Below are positions 35,236 to 45,080 of a stretch of 64,000 nucleotides of DNA, one piece after another; position 1 is the stretch's first letter; each line of letters opens with the position of its first letter. The translations under genes were made by a program, and so were the position numbers. A model generated the notes under the pieces. The model was not told where the DNA came from. It worked only from the letters and a program-made list of their open reading frames with translations, and made no database searches. Source of the DNA: Clostridia bacterium (GTDB lineage Bacteria; Bacillota; Clostridia; Oscillospirales; UBA644); the NCBI GenBank assembly GCA_017623595.1, contig JAGAOU010000044.1, positions 173,319 to 237,318 of the forward strand, written 5' to 3'.

Positions 35236-36431
35236 CCGAATTTGAATTTGTTGTCCCTCTGCCCGAAGAGGAATACCGATCCTTTGTTGCAGGGCTGACC
35301 CACTGCAATTTCATGCAAAAGGATATGTGGGCGAAGGTGAAGACCGGCTGGACCGGTGTGCTTTGCGGCCTTAGTCGTGAAGGCGAAATCGTGGCTGCCG
35401 CCCATCTTTTGATCCGACGTCTTCCCACGGGACAGAAGCTGATCTATTCCCCCCGTGGCTTTCTTTTGGATTATTCCGATAAAGATATTCTTGACCGCTT
35501 CACCTCAGAGGTGCGCGGTTATGCCAAGTCGATCGGTGCTTATATGGTTCGTATTGACCCGGAAATCGTTCTTTCCCGCAAGTATAAAGGGGAAGCAGAG
35601 GACGATGTGGGGTATAATGCCCTGGAATTGCTGAAGAATTCAGGCTGGAAACACATGGGCTTCGCCACAGATTTTCATTCCTATACGCAACCCCGATTCA
35701 ATGCGGAATATCCCTTGGTGCGGGACGGTCAACCCTAATCCGATGAGGAAATGGTCAAAGGCTTTGACAAGAAAATCCGTAAGTTCGTTGGGGCATATAC
35801 CGAAAAGCGAGGCATCTTTTTTACCTGCGGCAACTCAGAGGAGGATATTAAGCTGTTTTGTGATATCAGCTCCCATACGGAGGAGCGTCAGCATATTCTA
35901 TTGAGGGATTCCGCTTATTTTTCCCGCATGACCGAGGCTTACGGAGAAGATTGCATGTTCTTTTTTGCAAAAATGGATTTGCACAAATTTATCGCATTTT
36001 TGGATACGCAACCACAGGATGAACAGACTCAAAAGGATAGGGAAGAGGCTGAGAGGTGGCTGGAGCACGGAGATGTTGTCCCCATGTCCGCCCTGCAGAT
36101 GATTCGCAGCAACGATACTGCCTACCTTCTTTACAGCGGCTTTGATGACAGGGTGTTTCCCCGATTTCGCACCACGAATCAAATTCGCTATGAGGCTATG
36201 AAGTATTTCCGTGACCGCGGCTGCTCTGTCTTCAGCTTTATGGGAATCAAGGGCGATTTGAATGATCCTCTTTCTGATTTTAAGCTGAAGTTTAACCCTA
36301 CTGTAGTGGAATATATCGGAGAGTTGGAATTACCCGTCCGTCCCATGCTTTATCGCTTTATGAATAAATTTCTGCCCTTTGCCAAGCGGGTGTACATTCG
36401 TGCCGCATTGTTGATAAAAGGCAAGAAGTGA
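35232..36431 (+). pseudogene. FemAB-family peptidoglycan aminoacyltransferase interrupted by one in-frame TAA (35736-35738)
   Basis: ORFs 35232-35738 and 35751-36431 share a frame. Translation reads ...YPLVRDGQP*SDEEMVKGFDKKIRKF... Together they give about 399 aa with a FemAB-like pattern. Confidence 0.6.
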
Positions 36432-36454
36432 CCGATGTTTTTACAAATTCATTC

Positions 36455-36484
36455 TTGAAAATACAATCTTTTCTGTGTTATACT
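36455..36484 (+). promoter_or_regulatory. Sigma-A-type promoter for the AraM/EgsA-like gene
   Basis: TTGAAA (36455-36460), 18-nt spacer, TGtTATACT (-10 at 36479-36484). Confidence 0.45.
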
Positions 36485-36512
36485 GAAAGAAAGAATAAAA
36501 AGGAGTACTATT

Positions 36513-37793
36513 ATGGATCTGAACAAAATTTTGAAGGATATGGAAAACTGTCCTTGCGGCAGAGTACATACTTTTGACACCAAGGTCGTGGAAATCGGAA
36601 GCGGAATCACCGCCAAGACGGGCAAGATCCTTGCCGATGCGGGGTTCCCTAAAAATATTCTGCTCGTTGCAGATGACAATACCTGGGCCGCCGCCGATGG
36701 TATTCTTCCCGCCCTTCTTTCGGAAGGATTCCATGTGAAAAAACTGATTTATGAAAATATGATGTATGCCCGTGTGGAGCAGGTTGTGGAAGTAGAAGGC
36801 CTTGCAGAGGATGTGGACGGTATCATTTCCGTGGGCACCGGTTCGCTCAATGATATCTGCCGTGTAGCTTCCTTCCGTAAAAAGAAGATGTTCTGTATCT
36901 TTGCCACTGCGCCTTCCATGGATGGTTTTGCTTCCGATACCGCTCCTATTATTGAGAACAACTTCAAATCCTCCTGGCAGGCGGCGCAGCCCGCGGTAAT
37001 TATTGCCGATACCAAAATCCTTGCAGCCGCACCCGTCGAGTTGAAATCCTCCGGCTTTGGCGACATGGTTGCCAAATACATTGGTCTTGCGGATTGGAAG
37101 ATTTCCACTCTTCTGACCGGAGAATACTATTGTGAAAAGATCGCAAATCTCACCAAAACCGCCACTGACCGCATTATGGCGTTGGCTGACCGCGTGACCG
37201 AAAACAGCGAAGAAGCCGCCGGAGCCATTATGGAATCTCTTGTTATGACAGGTCTTGCCATGAAGCTGGCAGGATGTTCCCGTCCTGCGTCGGGTGCTGA
37301 GCACGTGGTTTCCCACTATTTGGAATGTTACAAAGTAATTCGTGGTATTTGGCCCGAATTCCATGGCAAAAAGGTAGGCGTTGCTACGGTGCTTCTCAAC
37401 CGTGCATACCGCAATATTGCCGACCGTGTGGAATCGGTCAATGCGGTTCCGGATGCTACCGATTGGGATGAGGTTTATTCCAAATATGATGCCGTCCTCC
37501 ACGATGACATTAAAAAACTGAATACACCCACCATTACCGACAAGGTGGACCCCGCCTTCCTGCAGGAAAAATGGCCCGAAATCCGCGCAATCATTCGTGA
37601 TACCCTTCCCACCGATGAGGTCCTTACGGAAAAGATGACGGTGGCCGGTGCCGCAGTTACGCCCGAAGAGGTTCATGTTCCTTCTCAGCTTCTGGAGGAT
37701 GCTCTTCATTTCCACCCCTACATGCGCTATCGTATGCTTCTGACCCGTCTGATGCCTATGCTGAACATGGACATTATGGATTATTTGAATTGA
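36513..37793 (+). CDS. Iron-containing alcohol dehydrogenase superfamily; sn-glycerol-1-phosphate dehydrogenase (AraM/EgsA)-like
   Basis: GTGSLNDICR and ATAPSMDGFAS motifs with a C-terminal His-rich metal site (SGAEHVVSHYLE), as in AraM-type enzymes. Confidence 0.65.
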   Translation: MDLNKILKDMENCPCGRVHTFDTKVVEIGSGITAKTGKILADAGFPKNILLVADDNTWAAADGILPALLSEGFHVKKLIYENMMYARVEQVVEVEGLAEDVDGIISVGTGSLNDICRVASFRKKKMFCIFATAPSMDGFASDTAPIIENNFKSSWQAAQPAVIIADTKILAAAPVELKSSGFGDMVAKYIGLADWKISTLLTGEYYCEKIANLTKTATDRIMALADRVTENSEEAAGAIMESLVMTGLAMKLAGCSRPASGAEHVVSHYLECYKVIRGIWPEFHGKKVGVATVLLNRAYRNIADRVESVNAVPDATDWDEVYSKYDAVLHDDIKKLNTPTITDKVDPAFLQEKWPEIRAIIRDTLPTDEVLTEKMTVAGAAVTPEEVHVPSQLLEDALHFHPYMRYRMLLTRLMPMLNMDIMDYLN

Positions 37794-37803
37794 ACGATTG
37801 TAT

Positions 37804-37845
37804 AACAGAACCCCTTGAAGAAAAATCTTCAAGGGGTTCTGTTTG
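37804..37845. terminator. Strong bidirectional terminator between convergent genes
   Basis: AACAGAACCCCTTGAAG-aaaaat-CTTCAAGGGGTTCTGTT, a 17-bp perfect stem. Confidence 0.8.
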
Positions 37846-40080
37846 TTATTCTTCGTTTGAATTATCGTCGGTTACTTCTTCGGAATCCTCAGGGGTGTCG
37901 CTATCGGTGGTCTCTGAGTCTTCTGCAGAGTGGGAGTCTGTGTCGGGTTCAAGACCTTCTCCCGTGCGGGAATCCTCCAAAACTGTGCCGTCGGGGCCGT
38001 AGAGGGTGTAGTCAAATCCTCCGGTGGGACGGTAATAATACACCATTTTTGTTACCAAGCGGTCCTCGTTGTCATAGGTCTCTTCCATGATCACGCGCCC
38101 CTCTGAATCGTATTCAAAATGCTTGGTTTCCGAGGTGTTACTGTAGTGATCGTAGACGGTTTGTTCCACAACAAATCCGGCATCATCATAGGTTTTCTGA
38201 GCGATCACAAGTCCTTCCGAATCCTTTTCCACACAGGTGTGGAGTAATCCTTCTTCCGTGTAGGTATAAGAATACTGGATTCGTTCGCCTGTGGCCAGGT
38301 TGAGGTGTTTTTTCTGAACAACTTGATTCAGTTCATTGTATACATATTCATTGATTTCGGATTCTGCGCCGTTCTTGTGGACGGTTTCACCGATCACACG
38401 TCCTTGTGCATCCAAAGTTTCATCTCGCAGTGTTTTTCCGTTGCGGTCAAATACCGTCTGCTGATTCAGGAATCCTTCGGCGGTGTAGCGGCAAAGAATT
38501 TGTTCGTATTCTCCTGTTTCCGCATTGTCCGAGGTCTTCAGCGTAACGCGGCCCTGGTTGTCGTACTGCTCGCTGAGGAAGAGGAGCATCTGTCCCATTT
38601 CATTGAAGGTTGAAATATCCTTCTGAGCGATGTTTTGCTTTCCATCATAAGAGGTTTTTTCACTGCGAAGCATGATGCCCTGTTCGTTGTAGGTGCTGTT
38701 TTCGGTTACAAAGCCCGCTTCGTTGTAAAGAAGCTTCTCCACAAGAACATTGTTTGCATTGTATGTCATGCTCTGGGTGATTGCTCCGCTGATGGTTCGA
38801 TTGTAAAGAGTATAGCTTTGAATTGCCGTGCTGTCAATCGGGTCGTAGGTGATTGCTCTGGATACAAATCCGTTCTCATCGTAATCGTATCCCTTGCTGT
38901 AAAGGATCGTTCCGTCGGCCTTTTGACTGGTTTCCTTTGTGATCAGGTTCTTGTCGTTGTAAACCCGTTGGATCATTTCCAGAATGTTGCCGTCCTTGGA
39001 GTAGCGGATCAGTTTAATGGGGTTGTTGTTCAGATCGTAATTGTAAGTATCGTAATCAACAATTTCGCCCAAACTGTCATAACGGATCGTTTTTTTAATC
39101 AGATCGGTCTTTTCGTCATATTCCATGACAATTCGACTCAAAGGAGTGTTGTTTGCATCGTATTCGGTCTGCTTGAGCAACAGTTGCTTTTCGCGGTTGT
39201 ACTCGTTTACTGTGCGGGAGAGAAGCATACCCTCATTGTCAAATCGCTCCACCTGCGTGATCATCACGCCGTCGTAGAGATTCCGCAGGATCAAAACGCC
39301 GTTGGAGAATACCTCGCGCTGGATGATTTTCCCGTCAACCACTTTGATGACCGCATTTTCAACCCGATTTTCTTCCTTGTGGTAGGTTCGGTCTGCCTGA
39401 ACGGTCTGATCATCCTTGCGATTGTATTTCTCGGACATGATCATCTGACCGTCTTCGAAATATGCGGAAAGGGTCTTTTCGGTGCCGTCATATTCATGGG
39501 TATAATAGTAAGCAACCGATCCGTCTGCATTGTATTTGGTTTCTTTGATGCATTTGCCATCGCGGAATTCGGCAACATATTCGGGCTGACCGAGAGTGTC
39601 AAAACGGGTCATCGTTTGAATGTTTCCGAAAAAGTCATATTCGGTTACACCGTTTTCGATGTTCAGGCCCATGCCCCAATATTCATTGTAATATTCTGCC
39701 AAATTGGCATTGCGAACCGCAAAATATACAATCAAAAGGACTGCCATCACCGCAACCGCAGAAACAGAGGAGATCAAAGCGATCAACTTGATTTTTTTCT
39801 TCTTTTTTCTCTTCTTAATTTCTTCTTCGCTGGGGCGGCGAGCCCGTCTTCCGCCCGGCGGGGGAGGAGTTTTGACCTCTTCCTCCTGGGAGACCGGTGC
39901 AAATTTGATGGTCTCTTCGGTCGGCTCTTCTGCTTTCGGCTCTTCTTCCGGTGCAGAGGGCGATTCTTCCATATTCGGAACGCTCATGCGCGCAACATCA
40001 TGCAGTTTATCCATGTCCGCATCTTTCTGTTCCTTTAATTTCTTCAATTCGTCCAGATAGTTCGGATCCATACATACCAT
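37846..40080 (-). CDS. Membrane-anchored YD/RHS-like repeat protein with Pro/Glu/Lys-rich N-terminus and acidic C-terminal tail
   Basis: A KKRKKKKKIK segment followed by one TM, then more than 20 repeats of about 20 residues with a [YF][DN]xxG core (HEYDGTE, TEYDANN, IRYDSLG, YDYDENG, QYDNQGR, EYDSEGR and others). The tail is EDSETTDSDTPEDSEEVTDDNSNEE. An alternative start lies at 40071. Confidence 0.8.
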   Translation of the reverse strand: MVCMDPNYLDELKKLKEQKDADMDKLHDVARMSVPNMEESPSAPEEEPKAEEPTEETIKFAPVSQEEEVKTPPPPGGRRARRPSEEEIKKRKKKKKIKLIALISSVSAVAVMAVLLIVYFAVRNANLAEYYNEYWGMGLNIENGVTEYDFFGNIQTMTRFDTLGQPEYVAEFRDGKCIKETKYNADGSVAYYYTHEYDGTEKTLSAYFEDGQMIMSEKYNRKDDQTVQADRTYHKEENRVENAVIKVVDGKIIQREVFSNGVLILRNLYDGVMITQVERFDNEGMLLSRTVNEYNREKQLLLKQTEYDANNTPLSRIVMEYDEKTDLIKKTIRYDSLGEIVDYDTYNYDLNNNPIKLIRYSKDGNILEMIQRVYNDKNLITKETSQKADGTILYSKGYDYDENGFVSRAITYDPIDSTAIQSYTLYNRTISGAITQSMTYNANNVLVEKLLYNEAGFVTENSTYNEQGIMLRSEKTSYDGKQNIAQKDISTFNEMGQMLLFLSEQYDNQGRVTLKTSDNAETGEYEQILCRYTAEGFLNQQTVFDRNGKTLRDETLDAQGRVIGETVHKNGAESEINEYVYNELNQVVQKKHLNLATGERIQYSYTYTEEGLLHTCVEKDSEGLVIAQKTYDDAGFVVEQTVYDHYSNTSETKHFEYDSEGRVIMEETYDNEDRLVTKMVYYYRPTGGFDYTLYGPDGTVLEDSRTGEGLEPDTDSHSAEDSETTDSDTPEDSEEVTDDNSNEE

Positions 40081-40115
40081 CCTTTCTCGAGTGAGAAAAC
40101 ATTATGTTACAAATT

Positions 40116-40144
40116 ATTATAGCACATATCTTGTAAGATTGCAA
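40116..40144 (-). promoter_or_regulatory. Sigma-A-type promoter for the YD-repeat gene
   Basis: On the minus strand: TTGCAA (40144-40139), 17-nt spacer, TATAAT (40121-40116). Confidence 0.5.
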
Positions 40145-40216
40145 CTGTTTTTTGTAAATTGTAAGTATTTCGTTGGATTTTTCCCGAAATTATGGTGCGA
40201 TGCTGTATTTTTGGCG

Positions 40217-40252
40217 TAAAAAATACAACCGACCCAATAAGGACGGTTGTAT
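40217..40252 (-). terminator. Intrinsic terminator of the dnaK operon
   Basis: On the minus strand: ATACAACCG-12 nt-CGGTTGTAT followed by TTTTTT. Confidence 0.7.
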
Positions 40253-40259
40253 TTCTCGT

Positions 40260-41411
40260 TTAGCCCAAGAATTTTTTCAACTTTTCTGCAAAAGAAGATT
40301 TCTTTTCGTAGGACCGTTTGTTATCGATGTTATCGAATTCCTTCAGTAATTCCTTCTGTTTTGAGTTCAGATGCTGAGGAACTTCGACGATGATATGGAC
40401 GTACAAATTTCCCTTGCCCTTGTTGTTCAGATAGGGGACACCTTTGCCCTTCAGCGTCAGTACGGTGCCGCTTTGTGTCCCGTCAATAATACGCTGGGAT
40501 ACGATGGTTCCGTCGGGCAGCGGGACGTCAATATCGCATCCCAAAGCCGCCTGCGTAAAGGTGATGGGAATCTGGCAGTGCAGATCAAAGTTCTTGCGTT
40601 CAAAAATAGTATGAGGCTTGACCGTAATTGCAATGTTCAGATCTCCTGCGGGTCCGCCCTTCAAGCCGGCGCATCCTTGGCCGTTGAGGGTGACAACCTG
40701 CCCGTTTGCAATCCCTGCGGGAATGTTCACCGTGATGGTGCGTTGCTTGCGTTCCCGTCCCGTTCCGTTACAGTTTTTGCAGGGTGTCTTGATGATTTTG
40801 CCCGTACCGTAGCAGTTTGTGCAGGTGCGTTCGCTCTGCATAGCTCCGAACATGGTCTGTGATACCGTGCGTACCCGTCCTGTGCCGCGGCAGGTAGGAC
40901 ATGTTTCTGCGGTTGTTCCTTTTGCGGCGCCTGTTCCGTTGCATTCGGAGCAGTTTTCCTTGCGGGTGACGGTTACCGTCTTTTTGCAACCGAAAACAGC
41001 TTCCTCAAAGGTGAGGGTCAAGGTTGTGTCCACATCTTCTCCCGGAACAGCGGAGGAGCGCTTGCGTGCTGCACCGCCGCCAAAGAAGTTGCCAAATACA
41101 TCACCGAATATATCGCCGATGTCCACGTTTGTGTAACCGCCGCCGTAACCGCCGCCGTAGCCTGCGCCTGCGCCGTAGTTTGGATCAACTCCGGCATGAC
41201 CGAACTGATCATATTTTGCCCGCTTATCCGCATCGGAGAGGACTTCGTAGGCCTCGTTGATTTCCTTAAACTTCTGCTCAGCTTCCTTGTCGTTGGGGTG
41301 TAAGTCGGGATGGTATTGCTTTGCCATCTGCCGATAGGCTTTTTTCAGTTCATCGGCACTTGCGCTTTTTTGCACGCCCAAAACTTCGTAAAAATCTCTC
41401 TTGTCTGCCAT
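40260..41411 (-). CDS. dnaJ: Molecular chaperone DnaJ
   Basis: J domain with HPD, a G/F-rich region and four CxxCxGxG zinc-finger repeats. Confidence 0.95.
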   Translation of the reverse strand: MADKRDFYEVLGVQKSASADELKKAYRQMAKQYHPDLHPNDKEAEQKFKEINEAYEVLSDADKRAKYDQFGHAGVDPNYGAGAGYGGGYGGGYTNVDIGDIFGDVFGNFFGGGAARKRSSAVPGEDVDTTLTLTFEEAVFGCKKTVTVTRKENCSECNGTGAAKGTTAETCPTCRGTGRVRTVSQTMFGAMQSERTCTNCYGTGKIIKTPCKNCNGTGRERKQRTITVNIPAGIANGQVVTLNGQGCAGLKGGPAGDLNIAITVKPHTIFERKNFDLHCQIPITFTQAALGCDIDVPLPDGTIVSQRIIDGTQSGTVLTLKGKGVPYLNNKGKGNLYVHIIVEVPQHLNSKQKELLKEFDNIDNKRSYEKKSSFAEKLKKFLG

Positions 41412-41440
41412 AATTTTACGTTATCCATTCTTGACAACAC

Positions 41441-41465
41441 ATCAAGGGGAGCGACTCCCCTTGAT
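41441..41465 (-). other. Stem-loop in the dnaK-dnaJ intergenic region (no T-tract)
   Basis: ATCAAGGGGA-gcgac-TCCCCTTGAT, a 10-bp stem. It may be an mRNA stability or processing element. Confidence 0.4.
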
Positions 41466-41479
41466 ATGCCTTATTCAAA

Positions 41480-43366
<1,887 letters not shown>

Positions 43367-43387
43367 TTATTAACGTTTTTTGTTCGG

Positions 43388-43888
43388 TTAATTCGCAACT
43401 TTAACCATGGCGTGGCGAACTACCTTATCTCCGAGACGGTATCCCTTCTGCAGGACTTCCGCAACGGTGTTTTCGCCCAGTTCTTCGTCATCTACATGCA
43501 TAACCGCATTGTGGATTTGAGGATCAAAGGGATCTCCTGCCGCACCGACAGGGAAGACGTTCATGCCTTCAAATGCTTTCATTGCTTGATCTAAAACCAT
43601 TTTGACGCCATCTCTTTGAGGACCTTCCTCTACTGCGGCAACGGCTCTTTCCAGGTTGTCGATAATGGGGAGCAATTGGGATACGGCGTCGGAAATTGCA
43701 TTGGAATATACGGCATCCTTTTCTGCCTTGGAGCGCTTTTTAAAGTTGTCGAAATCAGCCGCAAGGCGTACAAAGCGGTCATGCCATTCGTCGGCAACGG
43801 GTTCTGCTTTCGGTTCTTCTTCCGTGACCTCGGTTGCTTCGGGAATTTCCTCTTCGGGAATTTCCGTTTGCTTGTTCTTGTCTTTCAT
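43388..43888 (-). CDS. grpE: Nucleotide exchange factor GrpE
   Basis: RLAADFDNFKKR motif and its position between hrcA and dnaK. Confidence 0.95.
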   Translation of the reverse strand: MKDKNKQTEIPEEEIPEATEVTEEEPKAEPVADEWHDRFVRLAADFDNFKKRSKAEKDAVYSNAISDAVSQLLPIIDNLERAVAAVEEGPQRDGVKMVLDQAMKAFEGMNVFPVGAAGDPFDPQIHNAVMHVDDEELGENTVAEVLQKGYRLGDKVVRHAMVKVAN

Positions 43889-43903
43889 GTCATGGTCCTT
43901 TCC

Positions 43904-44920
43904 TTAATATTCCCGATCGATAAAGGTTTTCAGGTGCTTTATAAAGTAATTGCACCCGGCGATCGTTCGGGCATAATCCATTCGTTTGGGCCCCATGAGC
44001 CCCAAAACGACGGGAAATTTTTCATCGCAAAAGAGGGTGATCAGACTGGCGTGGGGACTGTTGAACAGTCCGTTTTCTGCGCCGATGCGGATCTCAATCT
44101 CATCTGTGGGAAGATTGTTCAGCATTGCTTCCAAAATATGCTCTCTCGTTGAGAGCATGCCGACAAATCCGCGGGCGGTTTCAATATCGGAAAACTCCGG
44201 ATGGCTCAATAGATTTTCCGTCCCGCCGATATGCAACTCGTAATCCCGTACGCCCGCAAGAATCTTGCGGATGGTTTGCATGATTCCGATATGCTTTGGG
44301 CAGTGGGAGCGGATTTCATGCTCCAGAAGTATCGTTCTTACTTCACCAATGCGGTCGATGGGGAATCCCGCAAATACTGTATTTATGATTTTGGTCAAAG
44401 TTGCCGCATCCTGGGCGGTCACATCCTCCGATGCCCGATAAAAATAGTTCTTGACGGCACCGCCCGAGGCGATTACCATAATGGCAAGGATTCGCTTTCC
44501 TGCAGGTAGCACCTCAAATTGGTAGATTCCGTCGGGGCAGTGGGGTGAGATGCCGAATACGGTGCATCCCGAAAAGGCAGCCAGATGATGGGTGGATGCC
44601 TCAAGAAGCTCCTCAAGGCTGACAGAGGTTTCAAATGCGCTGTTCAATGCCGCGAGTTCCCCGGGAGAGAGTCGATAAGGGGTAAGGGTCTGAACGTAAT
44701 AACGATAGCCGGCGTTGGACGGGACTCTGCCGGAAGAAGTGTGGGTTTTTTGCAAATATCCCAGTCGCTCCAGCTCTGACATGTCGTTGCGCACCGTTGC
44801 GGGGGAGACGTTGAGCCGCTCCCGTGTCAGCAGGGTTTTTGATCCCACCGGTTCTCCCGTTTCGATGTATGCCGAAACGATGGCGGACAGAATCTGCTGC
44901 TTGCGCGTATCCAATGTCAT
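43904..44920 (-). CDS. hrcA: Heat-inducible transcription repressor HrcA
   Basis: N-terminal winged HTH (GSKTL...VSPATVRNDM), about 338 aa, first gene of the operon. Confidence 0.95.
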   Translation of the reverse strand: MTLDTRKQQILSAIVSAYIETGEPVGSKTLLTRERLNVSPATVRNDMSELERLGYLQKTHTSSGRVPSNAGYRYYVQTLTPYRLSPGELAALNSAFETSVSLEELLEASTHHLAAFSGCTVFGISPHCPDGIYQFEVLPAGKRILAIMVIASGGAVKNYFYRASEDVTAQDAATLTKIINTVFAGFPIDRIGEVRTILLEHEIRSHCPKHIGIMQTIRKILAGVRDYELHIGGTENLLSHPEFSDIETARGFVGMLSTREHILEAMLNNLPTDEIEIRIGAENGLFNSPHASLITLFCDEKFPVVLGLMGPKRMDYARTIAGCNYFIKHLKTFIDREY

Positions 44921-44963
44921 GTGTATTCACCCCTTCTTGATTCGTTGTGGATTTTGTATTTTG

Positions 44964-44990
44964 TTAGCACTCTTTGCTTGGGAGTGCTAA
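44964..44990. promoter_or_regulatory. CIRCE operator (HrcA binding site)
   Basis: TTAGCACTC-tttgcttgg-GAGTGCTAA is a perfect match to the consensus TTAGCACTC-N9-GAGTGCTAA. It lies between the promoter and the hrcA start. Confidence 0.95.
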
Positions 44991-44997
44991 TATGAAT

Positions 44998-45026
44998 ACT
45001 GTACCACGTTTTTTGCAATTTGTCAA
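44998..45026 (-). promoter_or_regulatory. Sigma-A-type promoter of the hrcA-grpE-dnaK-dnaJ operon
   Basis: On the minus strand: TTGACA (45026-45021), 17-nt spacer, TACAGT (45003-44998), immediately upstream of CIRCE. Confidence 0.6.
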
Positions 45027-45080
45027 GAGATTGGAAGGGATTTCCTCGAAAATGTCACAATCTTGTAACAGGACCGGGGA

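Noticed and set aside
36441-37832. 463-aa ORF antisense to the AraM/EgsA-like gene. Similar long antisense ORFs lie at 25414-26415, 27283-28260, 28928-30106, 38635-40038, 47559-49106 and 50645-51637.
   Set aside because: All of these mirror strongly supported sense genes (phoH, era, mutS2, the YD-repeat gene, cysS, rimO) and lack start signals. I treat them as shadow ORFs.
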